DNA from: Candidatus Micrarchaeota archaeon
GTDB taxonomy: Archaea > Micrarchaeota > Micrarchaeia > Anstonellales > Bilamarchaeaceae
Assembly (NCBI GenBank): GCA_964647855.1
Contig: CAZYJW010000003.1
Location: 67,431-131,430, forward strand
Length of the DNA: 64,000 nucleotides
Direction of reading: 5' to 3'
The notes beneath the pieces were generated by a model. It did not search any database, was not told the DNA's origin, and was given only the letters and a program-made list of their open reading frames with translations. The first letter of the stretch is position 1. Each line of letters starts with the position of its first letter. The position numbers and the translations under genes are program-made. Shown here piece by piece: positions 28,899 through 37,667 of this stretch.

Positions 28899-29930
28899 TT
28901 ATTTTGTAGATTGGGATTGGATAGCAGAATGGAGCTCGGGGTTGATGGATGCAAGGGAGTCGAGAGCCCCGGCTTTGCCCCCCTGAGGCAGTTCCGCAAG
29001 GAACGAGAATGCCCTGAGGACGTCCTGGGGGCCGTATTCCATGTGCGAGACCTCCTCGCTATAGATTTCATAAATCTCCCCGCTGACATAGCACGGGTCG
29101 GCGCCCTTCGCGGCGACTTCCTGGGGAGTCTCCCGTTCCACACCGATAACCTCCGCGGGGCGGTCAACCACCTTGATGCTCCTTGGGGTCAAGGACGAGA
29201 TTGACCTCGCGAGGGCGGATGGAGGCGCGTCAGGATTCTTGAGGATTCGTTCCAGCACTGTCTGGTTCGCGCTCGTGGAGAGCGCTTCCAGTTCTTCCGC
29301 TGATAGCCCCCCACCAAGCTTCGAGCGATATGCCCCGCCTTTTGAAGTCGGGCGCTCAAGCGCATCGTAGGCTTCCATAGCTGGATTGGAGCCATCATAT
29401 GAAGCGGTGCCGCAAGCAAGGACCGCCCTAACCAAATGTTCCCGCGAGAGCTTTCCGCTAATTTCTTTGCGGAGGTCCGGGCCCGCGTTCACTGCCGAAT
29501 AAACGATTAGCAGGATTTCCGGAGAGCCGCTGCGGCCAATCCGCTCAAGTTGTTTAGGCGCGAGCGCACGTATGAAGTCCGACATCTCCTTCCCCGCGGA
29601 ACATCCGCCGGAGAGGGCCACGGCTTCGATGATGTCTTCGCTGCAAAAAAGCCGGAAAATGCCAGGATGCAGTCCGGGCGTGCTCAGCCTGATTGAGAGG
29701 GTGCGGACGGCTTGGCGCCGCACTGCCTCGCTGCCATTGCCAGAGAGCCTGGATAGCGTGCGCAGGTTTATATGGGGGTCCGCGGCTTTGCGGATGTCAT
29801 CGCCCAGGGGATTATGAATGCCAAAAAAGCGGCCGTGGCCGAAAAAGCGGCCCTTTTTTTCCCGGGGAGCGGATTCGCACGCTTCCGGAGATTTGATGCA
29901 TTGCCTTGGTGGAATGAATTCGCCGCTCAT
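28899..29930 (-). CDS. Orphan helical-repeat (HEAT/LRV-like) protein
   Basis: Repeating patterns such as VRRQAV..L and VLERILKNPDAP..AL; own duplicated promoter. Confidence 0.5.
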   Translation of the reverse strand: MSGEFIPPRQCIKSPEACESAPREKKGRFFGHGRFFGIHNPLGDDIRKAADPHINLRTLSRLSGNGSEAVRRQAVRTLSIRLSTPGLHPGIFRLFCSEDIIEAVALSGGCSAGKEMSDFIRALAPKQLERIGRSGSPEILLIVYSAVNAGPDLRKEISGKLSREHLVRAVLACGTASYDGSNPAMEAYDALERPTSKGGAYRSKLGGGLSAEELEALSTSANQTVLERILKNPDAPPSALARSISSLTPRSIKVVDRPAEVIGVERETPQEVAAKGADPCYVSGEIYEIYSEEVSHMEYGPQDVLRAFSFLAELPQGGKAGALDSLASINPELHSAIQSQSTK

Positions 29931-29936
29931 GAGGGG

Positions 29937-29964
29937 GATGTGTATGGAAAAGGTTAAAAGAGAT
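29937..29964 (-). promoter_or_regulatory. 28-bp promoter segment, copy 2
   Basis: Identical to 28837-28864. Confidence 0.8.
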
Positions 29965-30005
29965 GATAATATGGGGAAAAGCAGAAAATAGGAATTGCCG
30001 TGCGG

Positions 30006-30431
30006 CTACTTCTTCTTCGCCGGGGCGGCCGCCTGGGCCGCTCCGCCGTCGCCCTTCGAGAGCTGGATTTTCGGAGGAATCAAGGGCGCCGTCAGGCCGA
30101 GGACGCGCGCGACCAGCGTGCCGTTCGCGCTTCCGCTGTAATTCACCGCGCTAAGGACCACGGTCGCGTACTCGTCCGGGACCTTCTTGCTCTTCTTCCA
30201 GGTGTCGACTATGTCCTTGGAGAGCTTCGCGTCCTCCTTCGCGAGGAGCACGCCGCGTATCTTGATTTCCCCGACGCCGTCGTTGTAGTTCGCCGTGTAA
30301 ACGTAGGTGATTTCGACGGTTTCCCCGCCCATCTGGACATCCTCGAGCGAGATGTTGATGTTCAGGCCCTTGATGTTCAGCTTCGGCACTTTGTTCCCGC
30401 TGACTTCCAGTATCCTTTCTCCGACAATCAT
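30006..30431 (-). CDS. Conserved archaeal hypothetical protein, divergent from cdc6
   Basis: GAGG RBS, host-like codon usage, beta-rich N-terminal half. Confidence 0.75.
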   Translation of the reverse strand: MIVGERILEVSGNKVPKLNIKGLNINISLEDVQMGGETVEITYVYTANYNDGVGEIKIRGVLLAKEDAKLSKDIVDTWKKSKKVPDEYATVVLSAVNYSGSANGTLVARVLGLTAPLIPPKIQLSKGDGGAAQAAAPAKKK

Positions 30432-30563
30432 GCTTTCGCCTCCTATAAGTCGATGGGACTTATCTGCAGGATAACAATTTTAAAGGTGCGCGGGAGGCCG
30501 GGGGGAATAGTGGAAGTACGACCAAATATAAACATTGCAGGAGAATAGGCTTCCGCTGATGCA

Positions 30564-31754
30564 ATGGCTTCTTTTGACAAGATCCTTTCAGAGAAATCCA
30601 TCTTCCGGGACCTCTCGGTGCTCTCGCCGCATTACGTCCCCCGCGACCTGCCCTACAGGGAGGGCCAGATGCACGAGATAATGTCGGTGATTTCCCCGGC
30701 CCTGCGGGGGCAGAAGCCCAGGAACCTCATCATATACGGGACGACCGGCACCGGCAAGACATGCAGCACGAAGAGGGTGATGGAGGAGTTCGTGAAGGCC
30801 GCCGAAGCCGGCAGGGCGAGCATGCATTACGTCAACTGCAGGATATACAATTCCAGGTACAGGATACTCCAGAAGATTCTCAGGGGATACCTGCCCGAGC
30901 TCGAGAAGGCCGGATTCGGCCTGCCTTTCCTCTATGAGAAGCTCGTGGAGATTGCCACGCGGGGGGAGCAGATAGTCATCATACTCGATGAAATCGACAT
31001 GGTGAAGGACCTTGACGAGCTGGTATACACGCTCACGCGCTCGAACGACGAGATAACCAAGGGGGGCGTCAGCATCATCGGCATCTCCAACAAGCTCTCG
31101 TTCAAGGATTCCCTGGATCCCCGCAGCAAGAGCAGCCTGTATGAGACCGAGATGGTCTTCGAGCCCTACAGCGCCGAGCAGCTCAAGAGGATACTCGAGC
31201 AGAGGGCGGCCGAGGGCTTCAACGACGGCGTGGTGGAGCCCTCCGCGGTGAACCTCGCGGCCGCGATAACATCGCAGGAGAGCGGCGACGCGCGCTACGC
31301 TCTGAAGCTCCTGAACAAGGCCGGCGAGATGGCCCAGCAGGCCGGGAAGGCCAGGATAACGGATGAGGACGTCGAGGCCGCCTGCAGGAAGGTCGAGATA
31401 GACCTCGTCCTCGAGACGCTGAAAACCCTTCCCGAGATGCACCAGCTCGCCCTCTATGCGGTAGCAACGCTTACGTCGTCCGGAAGCAGGTACGCGCGCC
31501 TCGAGGGCGTGGACCCCGGCTTCCTTTTCTCCGGGGAGGTCTACGAGGAGTACGAGCGCGCCTGCAAAAGCGCGCGCAAGAGGCCGCGCAGCTCGCGATG
31601 GTTCAAGGAATACGTGAACGACCTCGAGACCCTCGGCCTCATCGTCACGACACCGAGCGGAAAGGGCGTGCGGGGGCAGACCACGCTGATAAAGCTCGGC
31701 CCGGGGCCGGAAAGCGTCCTTGGGATACTGAAGAAGAACCTTTTCGGGGCATAA
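30564..31754 (+). CDS. cdc6: Orc1/Cdc6 replication initiator
   Basis: LSPHYVP..LPYRE, GTTGTGKT, ILDEID, SGDARYAL.LL, C-terminal wHTH with G.RGQT. Confidence 0.96.
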   Translation: MASFDKILSEKSIFRDLSVLSPHYVPRDLPYREGQMHEIMSVISPALRGQKPRNLIIYGTTGTGKTCSTKRVMEEFVKAAEAGRASMHYVNCRIYNSRYRILQKILRGYLPELEKAGFGLPFLYEKLVEIATRGEQIVIILDEIDMVKDLDELVYTLTRSNDEITKGGVSIIGISNKLSFKDSLDPRSKSSLYETEMVFEPYSAEQLKRILEQRAAEGFNDGVVEPSAVNLAAAITSQESGDARYALKLLNKAGEMAQQAGKARITDEDVEAACRKVEIDLVLETLKTLPEMHQLALYAVATLTSSGSRYARLEGVDPGFLFSGEVYEEYERACKSARKRPRSSRWFKEYVNDLETLGLIVTTPSGKGVRGQTTLIKLGPGPESVLGILKKNLFGA

Positions 31755-31835
31755 AGTCCCACGCCTGTTTTTTTAAATCCCGGCGCGAAAGCGCTTAATG
31801 GCGCCATCAAACGGTCTGAAACTGCACCTGGCCGG

Positions 31836-34103
31836 GTGCCGTCAGTGAGGAAGGAGAATATCCCTGTAACGGGCATGGACTGCGCCTCATGCGCGCTGAA
31901 CATAGAGCGCGGACTGCGGAGGGTACGGGGCGTCAGGTCGGCCAGCGTGAACTACGCGAGCGGCAAGGCCCTGGTCGAATACGACGAGGGGAAGGCCGGC
32001 CCGGAGGATTTCAGGCGGGCGATAACCGGGCTAGGGTATGGCGTCGCGAAGGGCTACGGGGCCGGGCTCCCGGGAGAAGCCGTTGACACGGAGAAGGCCG
32101 AGCGCGAGAAGGAGATTGCTTCCCTAAAATCCAGGGCCCTGGTTTCCGCCATCTTCACCATCCCCGTAGTCGCCCTTGCCCTGCCCGAGATGCTGGGCTG
32201 GGCGCTCCCGTTCGCTTATCCTGGATATTTCATGGAGAGGATGGCATCAATCCAGTTCCTTCTCACCCTCCCGGTGGTCTACGTCAACAGGGAGTTCTTC
32301 AGCAGGGGCTTCCGCGGCCTCCTGATGCAGGCCCCCGGCATGGACAGCCTTGTCGCGCTCGGGGTGGGAACCGCTTTCGCCTACAGCACTGCGGTCGGCT
32401 TCGGCTTCATCGGCGGAAGCGTCTACTATGAGACCGCCGCCCTTCTGCTGACCTTCATCGTTTTCGGGAAATACCTGGAAGCCGTTGCGAAGGGAAAGAC
32501 TTCGGAGGCGATTAAGAGGCTGGTCGGCCTCCAGCCCAGGACGGCGCTGGTCGTGAAAGGCGGCAGGGAAGCCGAGATTCCGATAGGCGATGTCGTCGCA
32601 GGGGACGTGGTAATCGTCAAGCCGGGGGGGAAGGTTCCGGTCGATGGGGTGGTTCTGGAAGGGATGAGCGATGTTGACGAGAGCATGGTCACCGGGGAGA
32701 GCCTTCCGGTCCATAAGAGGAAGGGGGATCCGGTCATTGGCGCGACGATAAACCGGACCGGCTCGTTCAGGTTCAAAGCCACGAAGGTGGGCAGCGGGAC
32801 CATGCTCGCCCAGATCATCCGCCTTGTCGAGGGGGCGCAGGGGAGCAAGGCGCCCATCCAGAGGCTTGCCGACACCGTCGCCGGCTATTTCGTCCAGGGG
32901 GTCCTCGCGCTGGCCGTTCTTGCCTTCTGCTATTGGTACTTCGTCGCAGGGCAGGGGTTCCTGTTCGCGCTCACCGTGCTGGTATCTACGCTCATCATCG
33001 CCTGCCCGTGCGCGATGGGGCTCGCGACCCCCACGGCGGTGATGCTCGGCACCGGCAAGGGAGCCGAGAACGGCGTGCTTTTCAAGAGCGCCGAGAGCCT
33101 TGAGATGCTCGGGAAGGCGGATATCGTGGTCTTCGACAAGACCGGAACCATAACGAAGGGCGAGCCGACCGTGACCGATGTCATTCCCGCTGCGATTGGC
33201 GCCGATAGGGCGCTCGCCTTCGCCGCCTCGGCAGAAAGCCGCTCCGAGCATTTCCTCGCCGGCGCGATTGTTGGGGAGGCGCGGAAGCGCGGCCTGCGGA
33301 TTGCCAAATCCTCGGCATTCCGCGCAATCCCCGGAAACGGAGTCTCGGCCAGCGTCGGCCGGATAAAGGCGCTAATCGGGAACCGGCGCCTCATGGATAA
33401 GAAGGGCGTGGCGATTGGCGCAAATGTCGAGAAAGGCATCATACGGCTCGAGGCCGAAGGGAAGACCGCGGTCATCGTGGCGGCGGGCGGGAAGGTGGCG
33501 GGGGTCATAGCCGTCGCGGATACGATGAAGGAGCATTCCGCGGATGCCGTCAGGGAGCTAAAGGGGCTCGGGTATGAGACGGCGATGATTACCGGGGACA
33601 ACGAAAGGGCCGCGATGGCGGTGGCAAGGCTGGCGGGGATAGACAGGGTGATGGCCCGTGTCCTTCCGGAGGACAAGGTTAACGAGGTCAAGGGGCTCCA
33701 GGAGAACGGCAAGAGGGTAGTCTTCGTCGGCGACGGCATCAATGACGCGCCCGCGCTCGCACAGGCGGACATCGGGATAGCGGTCGGCTCGGGAACGGAC
33801 GTCGCAATCGAAAGCGGCGGCGTTGTCCTCGTGAAGAACGACCTGCGCGACATCGCGAAGGCGATGGAGCTGAGCAGGTACACGCTTGCGAAGATCAGGC
33901 AGAACCTGTTCTGGGCATTCGCCTACAACGCCGTGGGCATACCGGTCGCCATGGGCGCGGTGCGGATAATCGACCCGGCAGGGGGATTCCTTCTCAGCCC
34001 GGTGATTGCCGGCGCCGCGATGGCCCTCAGCTCTATTAGCGTGGTGTCGAACAGCCTGCTGATGAGGGGCTGGAAGCCGAAGGCTATCCGCCCCGAAGCC
34101 TGA
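31836..34103 (+). CDS. copA: Copper-translocating P1B-type ATPase
   Basis: GMDCASC metal-binding domain, [22 protein letters not shown] and MxxS. Confidence 0.96.
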   Translation: MPSVRKENIPVTGMDCASCALNIERGLRRVRGVRSASVNYASGKALVEYDEGKAGPEDFRRAITGLGYGVAKGYGAGLPGEAVDTEKAEREKEIASLKSRALVSAIFTIPVVALALPEMLGWALPFAYPGYFMERMASIQFLLTLPVVYVNREFFSRGFRGLLMQAPGMDSLVALGVGTAFAYSTAVGFGFIGGSVYYETAALLLTFIVFGKYLEAVAKGKTSEAIKRLVGLQPRTALVVKGGREAEIPIGDVVAGDVVIVKPGGKVPVDGVVLEGMSDVDESMVTGESLPVHKRKGDPVIGATINRTGSFRFKATKVGSGTMLAQIIRLVEGAQGSKAPIQRLADTVAGYFVQGVLALAVLAFCYWYFVAGQGFLFALTVLVSTLIIACPCAMGLATPTAVMLGTGKGAENGVLFKSAESLEMLGKADIVVFDKTGTITKGEPTVTDVIPAAIGADRALAFAASAESRSEHFLAGAIVGEARKRGLRIAKSSAFRAIPGNGVSASVGRIKALIGNRRLMDKKGVAIGANVEKGIIRLEAEGKTAVIVAAGGKVAGVIAVADTMKEHSADAVRELKGLGYETAMITGDNERAAMAVARLAGIDRVMARVLPEDKVNEVKGLQENGKRVVFVGDGINDAPALAQADIGIAVGSGTDVAIESGGVVLVKNDLRDIAKAMELSRYTLAKIRQNLFWAFAYNAVGIPVAMGAVRIIDPAGGFLLSPVIAGAAMALSSISVVSNSLLMRGWKPKAIRPEA

Positions 34104-34461
34104 GAAAGAGGAACGAAAGCGCGAAGAAGGCGAACGCGGAGAGCGACGCCAGCGCCAGGTTGCCAAGCTCCGGGAACCAGAGGAAGGCAAGGAAGCCCGC
34201 GAGCGCCATGAGGGCGAGGCGCGAGGATATGCTCCGGAGCCCGAACTCCTCGCCGAAGTAGTCGCGCGTCGGGGGGCGCTCGGTTTCAGCCGCAACCGGC
34301 CGCGGGGGCATTCCGGTGTCTGCCGGAGCAGGGCGTCCGCCCGCCCGGACCAAAGCGGAGCCGATGTAGCCGCACGTGCGGCATGAGGCCTGCATCGTCC
34401 TGAGGTTGATGTCCTCCGGCGAAACAGGGTTCCCGCACCTATGGCACCGCGGCATCTCCAT
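34084..34461 (-). CDS. Small zinc-ribbon membrane protein
   Basis: CHRCG...CRTCG and two C-terminal hydrophobic helices. Confidence 0.6.
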   Translation of the reverse strand: MEMPRCHRCGNPVSPEDINLRTMQASCRTCGYIGSALVRAGGRPAPADTGMPPRPVAAETERPPTRDYFGEEFGLRSISSRLALMALAGFLAFLWFPELGNLALASLSAFAFFALSFLFLRLRGG

Positions 34462-34467
34462 TATGCA

Positions 34468-34749
34468 TCAGCCTTTGCGTGGTTTCTCCAGGGCCGTCAG
34501 CATCCGGTCCACGGGGTCCTGGCAAAACGCGTTAAGGTTCCTTTCATCGCGCAGCGTCACCGGAACGCCGAGCAAGTCGCGAAGCTCCCGCTCGAGGGAC
34601 AGGTCGCTGTCGCCGCTGCGCCCGACGCTGAGCATCCTGCCGCAGCTCGTCTGGAGGGCTTCCGCAAGAAGCTCCTGCCCTGCGAATCTGTCGTTGCGCG
34701 CCTGAGAGCGGGCTCCGGGTTCCTGCCTGGTCTTTGTCCTGGGGGCCAT
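34468..34749 (-). CDS. Hypothetical protein
   Basis: Upstream TTTAAA promoter near 34790; operonic with the zinc-ribbon gene. Confidence 0.45.
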   Translation of the reverse strand: MAPRTKTRQEPGARSQARNDRFAGQELLAEALQTSCGRMLSVGRSGDSDLSLERELRDLLGVPVTLRDERNLNAFCQDPVDRMLTALEKPRKG

Positions 34750-34829
34750 GTGGATTCCTCTGCCTCTGGCCGATAATATGTGGAAAAATGTTTAAAAAAG
34801 AGACATACTGGGCAGGGAATCATGCCCGC

Positions 34830-34947
34830 GGGGCTTCCATGCCCTTCCAGGCATGTGCCCCCTAACTCCCGGTTTTTGGGCGCTTTTTCCTAAAAAGCGC
34901 AACGCTAGGGGGGCTTCCATGTTCGGCGAACCGAACACGCGCCCCCC
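34830..34947 (-). repeat. Two related GGGGC-NN-stem-GGAA-GCCCC hairpins downstream of tRNA-Ser
   Basis: 12-bp direct repeat ggggcttccatg at 34830 and 34910; each copy folds into a helix, a 2x4 internal loop and a hairpin. Confidence 0.55.
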
Positions 34948-34961
34948 TTCGCGCATGCGAG

Positions 34962-35096
34962 CGCTAGGGGGGAGATTTGAACTCCCGGACGCTTGCGCGC
35001 AACAGGTTTCCGACCGCCTTTGGCACCCCGTTTTGGGGCGCCTTTTGCTAAAAGGCGCTAGCAACCTGCCGCCCTACCAGTCTAGGCGACCCCAGC
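34962..35096 (-). tRNA. tRNA-Ser(GCT) with a 37/38 intron (35008-35058, 51 nt)
   Basis: GCTGGGG/CCCTAGC acceptor, GCAGG TTGCTAA CCTGT anticodon arm, long variable arm GCGC-GCAA-GCGT, GGGAG TTCAAAT CTCCC. Confidence 0.93.
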
Positions 35097-35229
35097 ATGA
35101 TAACATCTGTCGAACCTTAGCTGGGGGGCTTTGGACGGAATGCCGTCCAAATTGACCCCAGCGTGAAAACTTATGTCGAACAACAGCTGGGGTATGATGG
35201 CCGAAACGTCGGCCAGCAGCGACCCCAGC
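35097..35229 (-). ncRNA. Two tandem acceptor-stem-mimic hairpin cassettes with 22-nt linkers, upstream of tRNA-Ser
   Basis: Units 35186-35229 and 35120-35162 start GCTGGGGTC, end CCCCAGC+T and enclose 7-bp and 9-bp hairpins; linkers 35163-35184 and 35097-35118; expression not shown. Confidence 0.6.
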
Positions 35230-35324
35230 GGAAAATTTCCTTAGAACCAACTTCGGGCAAATTTTCATCAAACTTCAGCCGGTTTGACTAAGCATGAATG
35301 GAAAGGGGGTTATAATAAGTTTCC

Positions 35325-36518
35325 TCAGACTATCCGGCCCCAGGCCGAAAGCCTCCACCTCTGGCCCACGCGGCGCGAGAGCGCGACCGGCATGTCCTTG
35401 TAGACCACGGTGGGCTTCTTGAGCTTGATTGTGGCGATGCCCTTCGCGAGCTTCATCACGACGCCGACCCCCGTGGACGTGTGGACGTTAACGACGACCG
35501 GCTCGGACTCCCGCAGGGGCATGTTCTGCATGTCCGTGCGGTTGAGGACCGCGTATTTCACGCTCACCGTCTCGACCGGGTCGGGCACCTCGCCCTTGCG
35601 CCCCACCACCGAGCCCACCAGGGCGTCGGACTTCGTCAGCGCCGGGTCGAGCGTGGTGCCTATCGCGACCAGCCCGCCGGCCCGGGCGGATTCGAGCTTT
35701 TCGGACTCCTCCATGAGGCTTTTCACCGCGCAGGCGATGGGGACGGGCTTGGCGCCCTCCTTCCTCGTCACGCCCGGCTTGATTTCTATCTCGTCGCCGA
35801 CTTTCAGGAGCCCCTGGACGATGGACCCCCCGAGCACGCCGCCCTTTAGCCCGGCAATCTCCGCCCCGGGCTTGTTGACGTCGAAAGAGCGCGAGACGTA
35901 CATGCGGAGCTGGGCGGATTCGTCATGCTCGGGCGCCTTCATGACGCCGTTTATCGCCCGGAGCAGCGCGTCCACGTTGAGGCCTGCGTTCGCCGAGACA
36001 GGTATTATCGGCGCGTTCTCCGCCGCGGAGCCCTTGAGGAACTCCCTTATCTGGCGGTAGTTCTCCAGCGCCTTGTCCTTCGCGACGAGGTCTATCTTGG
36101 TCTGGACCACGATGATTTTCTTTATGCCGATGGAATTCAGGACCAGGAGATGCTCCGCCGTCTGGGGCTGGGGGCAGGGCTCGTTCGCGGCGATAAGGAA
36201 CAGCACGCCGTCGAGGATGCTGGTCGCGGAGATGACCGTGGTCATCAGCGTCTCATGGCCGGGCGCGTCCACTATGGACAGCTTGCGCAGGAGCCTGGGC
36301 TTGCCGCCGCATCCGGGGCATTTCGCTTCGGGGGAGTGAAGGTCGCACTTGGCGCAGTGGTAGATGAAGGCGTCCGCATAGCCGAGGCGGATGGAGATGC
36401 CCCGCTTGACCTCCTCGCTGTGCGTGTCCGTCCATTTCCCGGTGAGGACCTTTGTGAGGGTCGTCTTGCCATGGTCGACATGCCCCAGCATGCCGATGTT
36501 CATCTCGGCCTGCATCAT
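35325..36518 (-). CDS. eif2g: Translation initiation factor 2 subunit gamma
   Basis: GHVDHGKT, RGISIRLGYA, zinc knuckle, DAPGHE, RSFDVNKPG, SRRVGQRWRL.AWG. Confidence 0.97.
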   Translation of the reverse strand: MMQAEMNIGMLGHVDHGKTTLTKVLTGKWTDTHSEEVKRGISIRLGYADAFIYHCAKCDLHSPEAKCPGCGGKPRLLRKLSIVDAPGHETLMTTVISATSILDGVLFLIAANEPCPQPQTAEHLLVLNSIGIKKIIVVQTKIDLVAKDKALENYRQIREFLKGSAAENAPIIPVSANAGLNVDALLRAINGVMKAPEHDESAQLRMYVSRSFDVNKPGAEIAGLKGGVLGGSIVQGLLKVGDEIEIKPGVTRKEGAKPVPIACAVKSLMEESEKLESARAGGLVAIGTTLDPALTKSDALVGSVVGRKGEVPDPVETVSVKYAVLNRTDMQNMPLRESEPVVVNVHTSTGVGVVMKLAKGIATIKLKKPTVVYKDMPVALSRRVGQRWRLSAWGRIV

Positions 36519-36904
36519 TTATTCTCCTTTTTCTCGGCCTTGGGGAAAAGCTGCTCGAGAGGAGTCGGCCCGGGGGCCTTGACCTTGCAGTTGACCTGGA
36601 CTATTTCCGATGAGAACGTGTTCCCGCGGACATGGGTCCTCTTGCGCTCGCCCCCCCGGGTTGCGTTGAAGCCCACGCCGTCGCTTGTGAGGATTGATTT
36701 CTTCGCCGAGCCGTGCACCTCGGCCCTCATCGGGAATCCGCTTCCGTCTGAGCCTCCGGTCAGCTGGAGCGTGTAGCCCGCGGCGCCGACGAGGTTGCCC
36801 TCTATCTCGTCGCCTATCCTCTTCCCGACGATGCCGGGTTCCTTGTCCTTGGGAAGCTCGAGCTGGAAACTCTTCCCGCCCGCTTCCGAGATAACTATCC
36901 GCAT
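36515..36904 (-). CDS. rps6e: 30S ribosomal protein S6e
   Basis: GKRIGDEI.G...G..GY.L.LTGGSD.SGFPMR, R.RGN. Confidence 0.96.
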   Translation of the reverse strand: MRIVISEAGGKSFQLELPKDKEPGIVGKRIGDEIEGNLVGAAGYTLQLTGGSDGSGFPMRAEVHGSAKKSILTSDGVGFNATRGGERKRTHVRGNTFSSEIVQVNCKVKAPGPTPLEQLFPKAEKKENK

Positions 36905-36993
36905 ACATACACCTCATGCAAACTAGAATAGAAGCAGGAAATAATTGGAGGGGGTTGTTTTATAAAAGATGAGGAAAAGAAAAAGGGAAGAAT

Positions 36994-37209
36994 TCAGGCG
37001 TTCTTCAGCCTGGCCTTGTAGACGTAGCCGTCCTTGCCGAGGTAGTACATGAAGCCCTCTTCCTTGCTGATCTTCTCGGAGCCGACCTTCTTCTTCCTGC
37101 CCCTGGTGTTGTGCTTCATAGGGGCGGCCCAGACATAGCCGTCCTTTCCTACGAAATACAGGTATCCGTCTTCCCTAGAGATTTTTTCCGAACCGACTTT
37201 CGATCCCAT
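36994..37209 (-). CDS. Small basic protein made of two internal repeats (putative nucleic-acid binding)
   Basis: KVGSEKIS(R/K)E(D/E)G(Y/F)(L/M)Y(F/Y)(V/L)GKDGYV twice; AGGAAGGTG RBS. Confidence 0.8.
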   Translation of the reverse strand: MGSKVGSEKISREDGYLYFVGKDGYVWAAPMKHNTRGRKKKVGSEKISKEEGFMYYLGKDGYVYKARLKNA

Positions 37210-37347
37210 GTTGACACCTTCCTAATGCCTCCCGCGGGGAGGATTCACACGTTTCCGAGAGATAAACCGAGAGATATTTTTTAAAGCTATCCCCGATGGA
37301 ACGACGTGCAAATACGTTTTAAAACAGGCGCGGTCTATAGGGGGCGT

Positions 37348-37608
37348 ATGTTCCAGTCCTTCGCGCGGCCCAAGCCGTGCCGCATCCTGAGCCTGCTGCG
37401 CGACGCCGATACCAACTGGCACCTATCGAAAATAGCCAAGGAGAGCGAGACCACATATGTCTACGTAACCAAGCTGGTGGCGGCGCTCCAGAAGGAAGGG
37501 TTCGTGTCGGTTGAGCCCAAAGGCAAGAAGCGGGTCGTCAAGCTCACCGACAAGGGGATGAAGGCGGCCAAGGCGATAGAGGAGCTCAGGAACGCCCTCG
37601 AGGGCTGA
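37348..37608 (+). CDS. Winged-helix (MarR-like) transcriptional regulator
   Basis: LSKIAKESETTYVYV.KLV..L...G.V.....G....VKLT.KG. Confidence 0.8.
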   Translation: MFQSFARPKPCRILSLLRDADTNWHLSKIAKESETTYVYVTKLVAALQKEGFVSVEPKGKKRVVKLTDKGMKAAKAIEELRNALEG

Positions 37609-37667
37609 TTTTCAGGCGCGGCGGCCGGATTCGTTCCGGGCTGCCCCGGGACCGTGCGGCGCCGGTT

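Noticed and set aside
30432-30563. Replication origin (ORB elements) next to cdc6
   Set aside because: Only a partial AGTGGAA match; no repeated ORBs or extended AT-rich unwinding element.
34841-34856. SRP RNA helix 8-like GCC-TGGAAG-GGC
   Set aside because: Lacks the CAGG/AGCA symmetric loop and the rest of the SRP fold.
35007-35062. Alternative splicing of the tRNA-Ser intron to give anticodon GGA (intron ends ...TCGGAAA)
   Set aside because: A 33/34 junction gives no bulge-helix-bulge-like pairing, whereas 37/38 gives a plausible relaxed motif.
35097-35229. CRISPR array interpretation of the repeats before tRNA-Ser
   Set aside because: Only two full, degenerate repeat copies; the spacers are self-complementary hairpins; the repeat overlaps the tRNA; no cas genes in the window.
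35230-35290. Possible third, decayed cassette upstream of the tRNA-Ser units
   Set aside because: A TCAAAC/GTTTGA hairpin and a weakly similar 22-mer are present, but there is no closing acceptor stem and the linker consensus fails.
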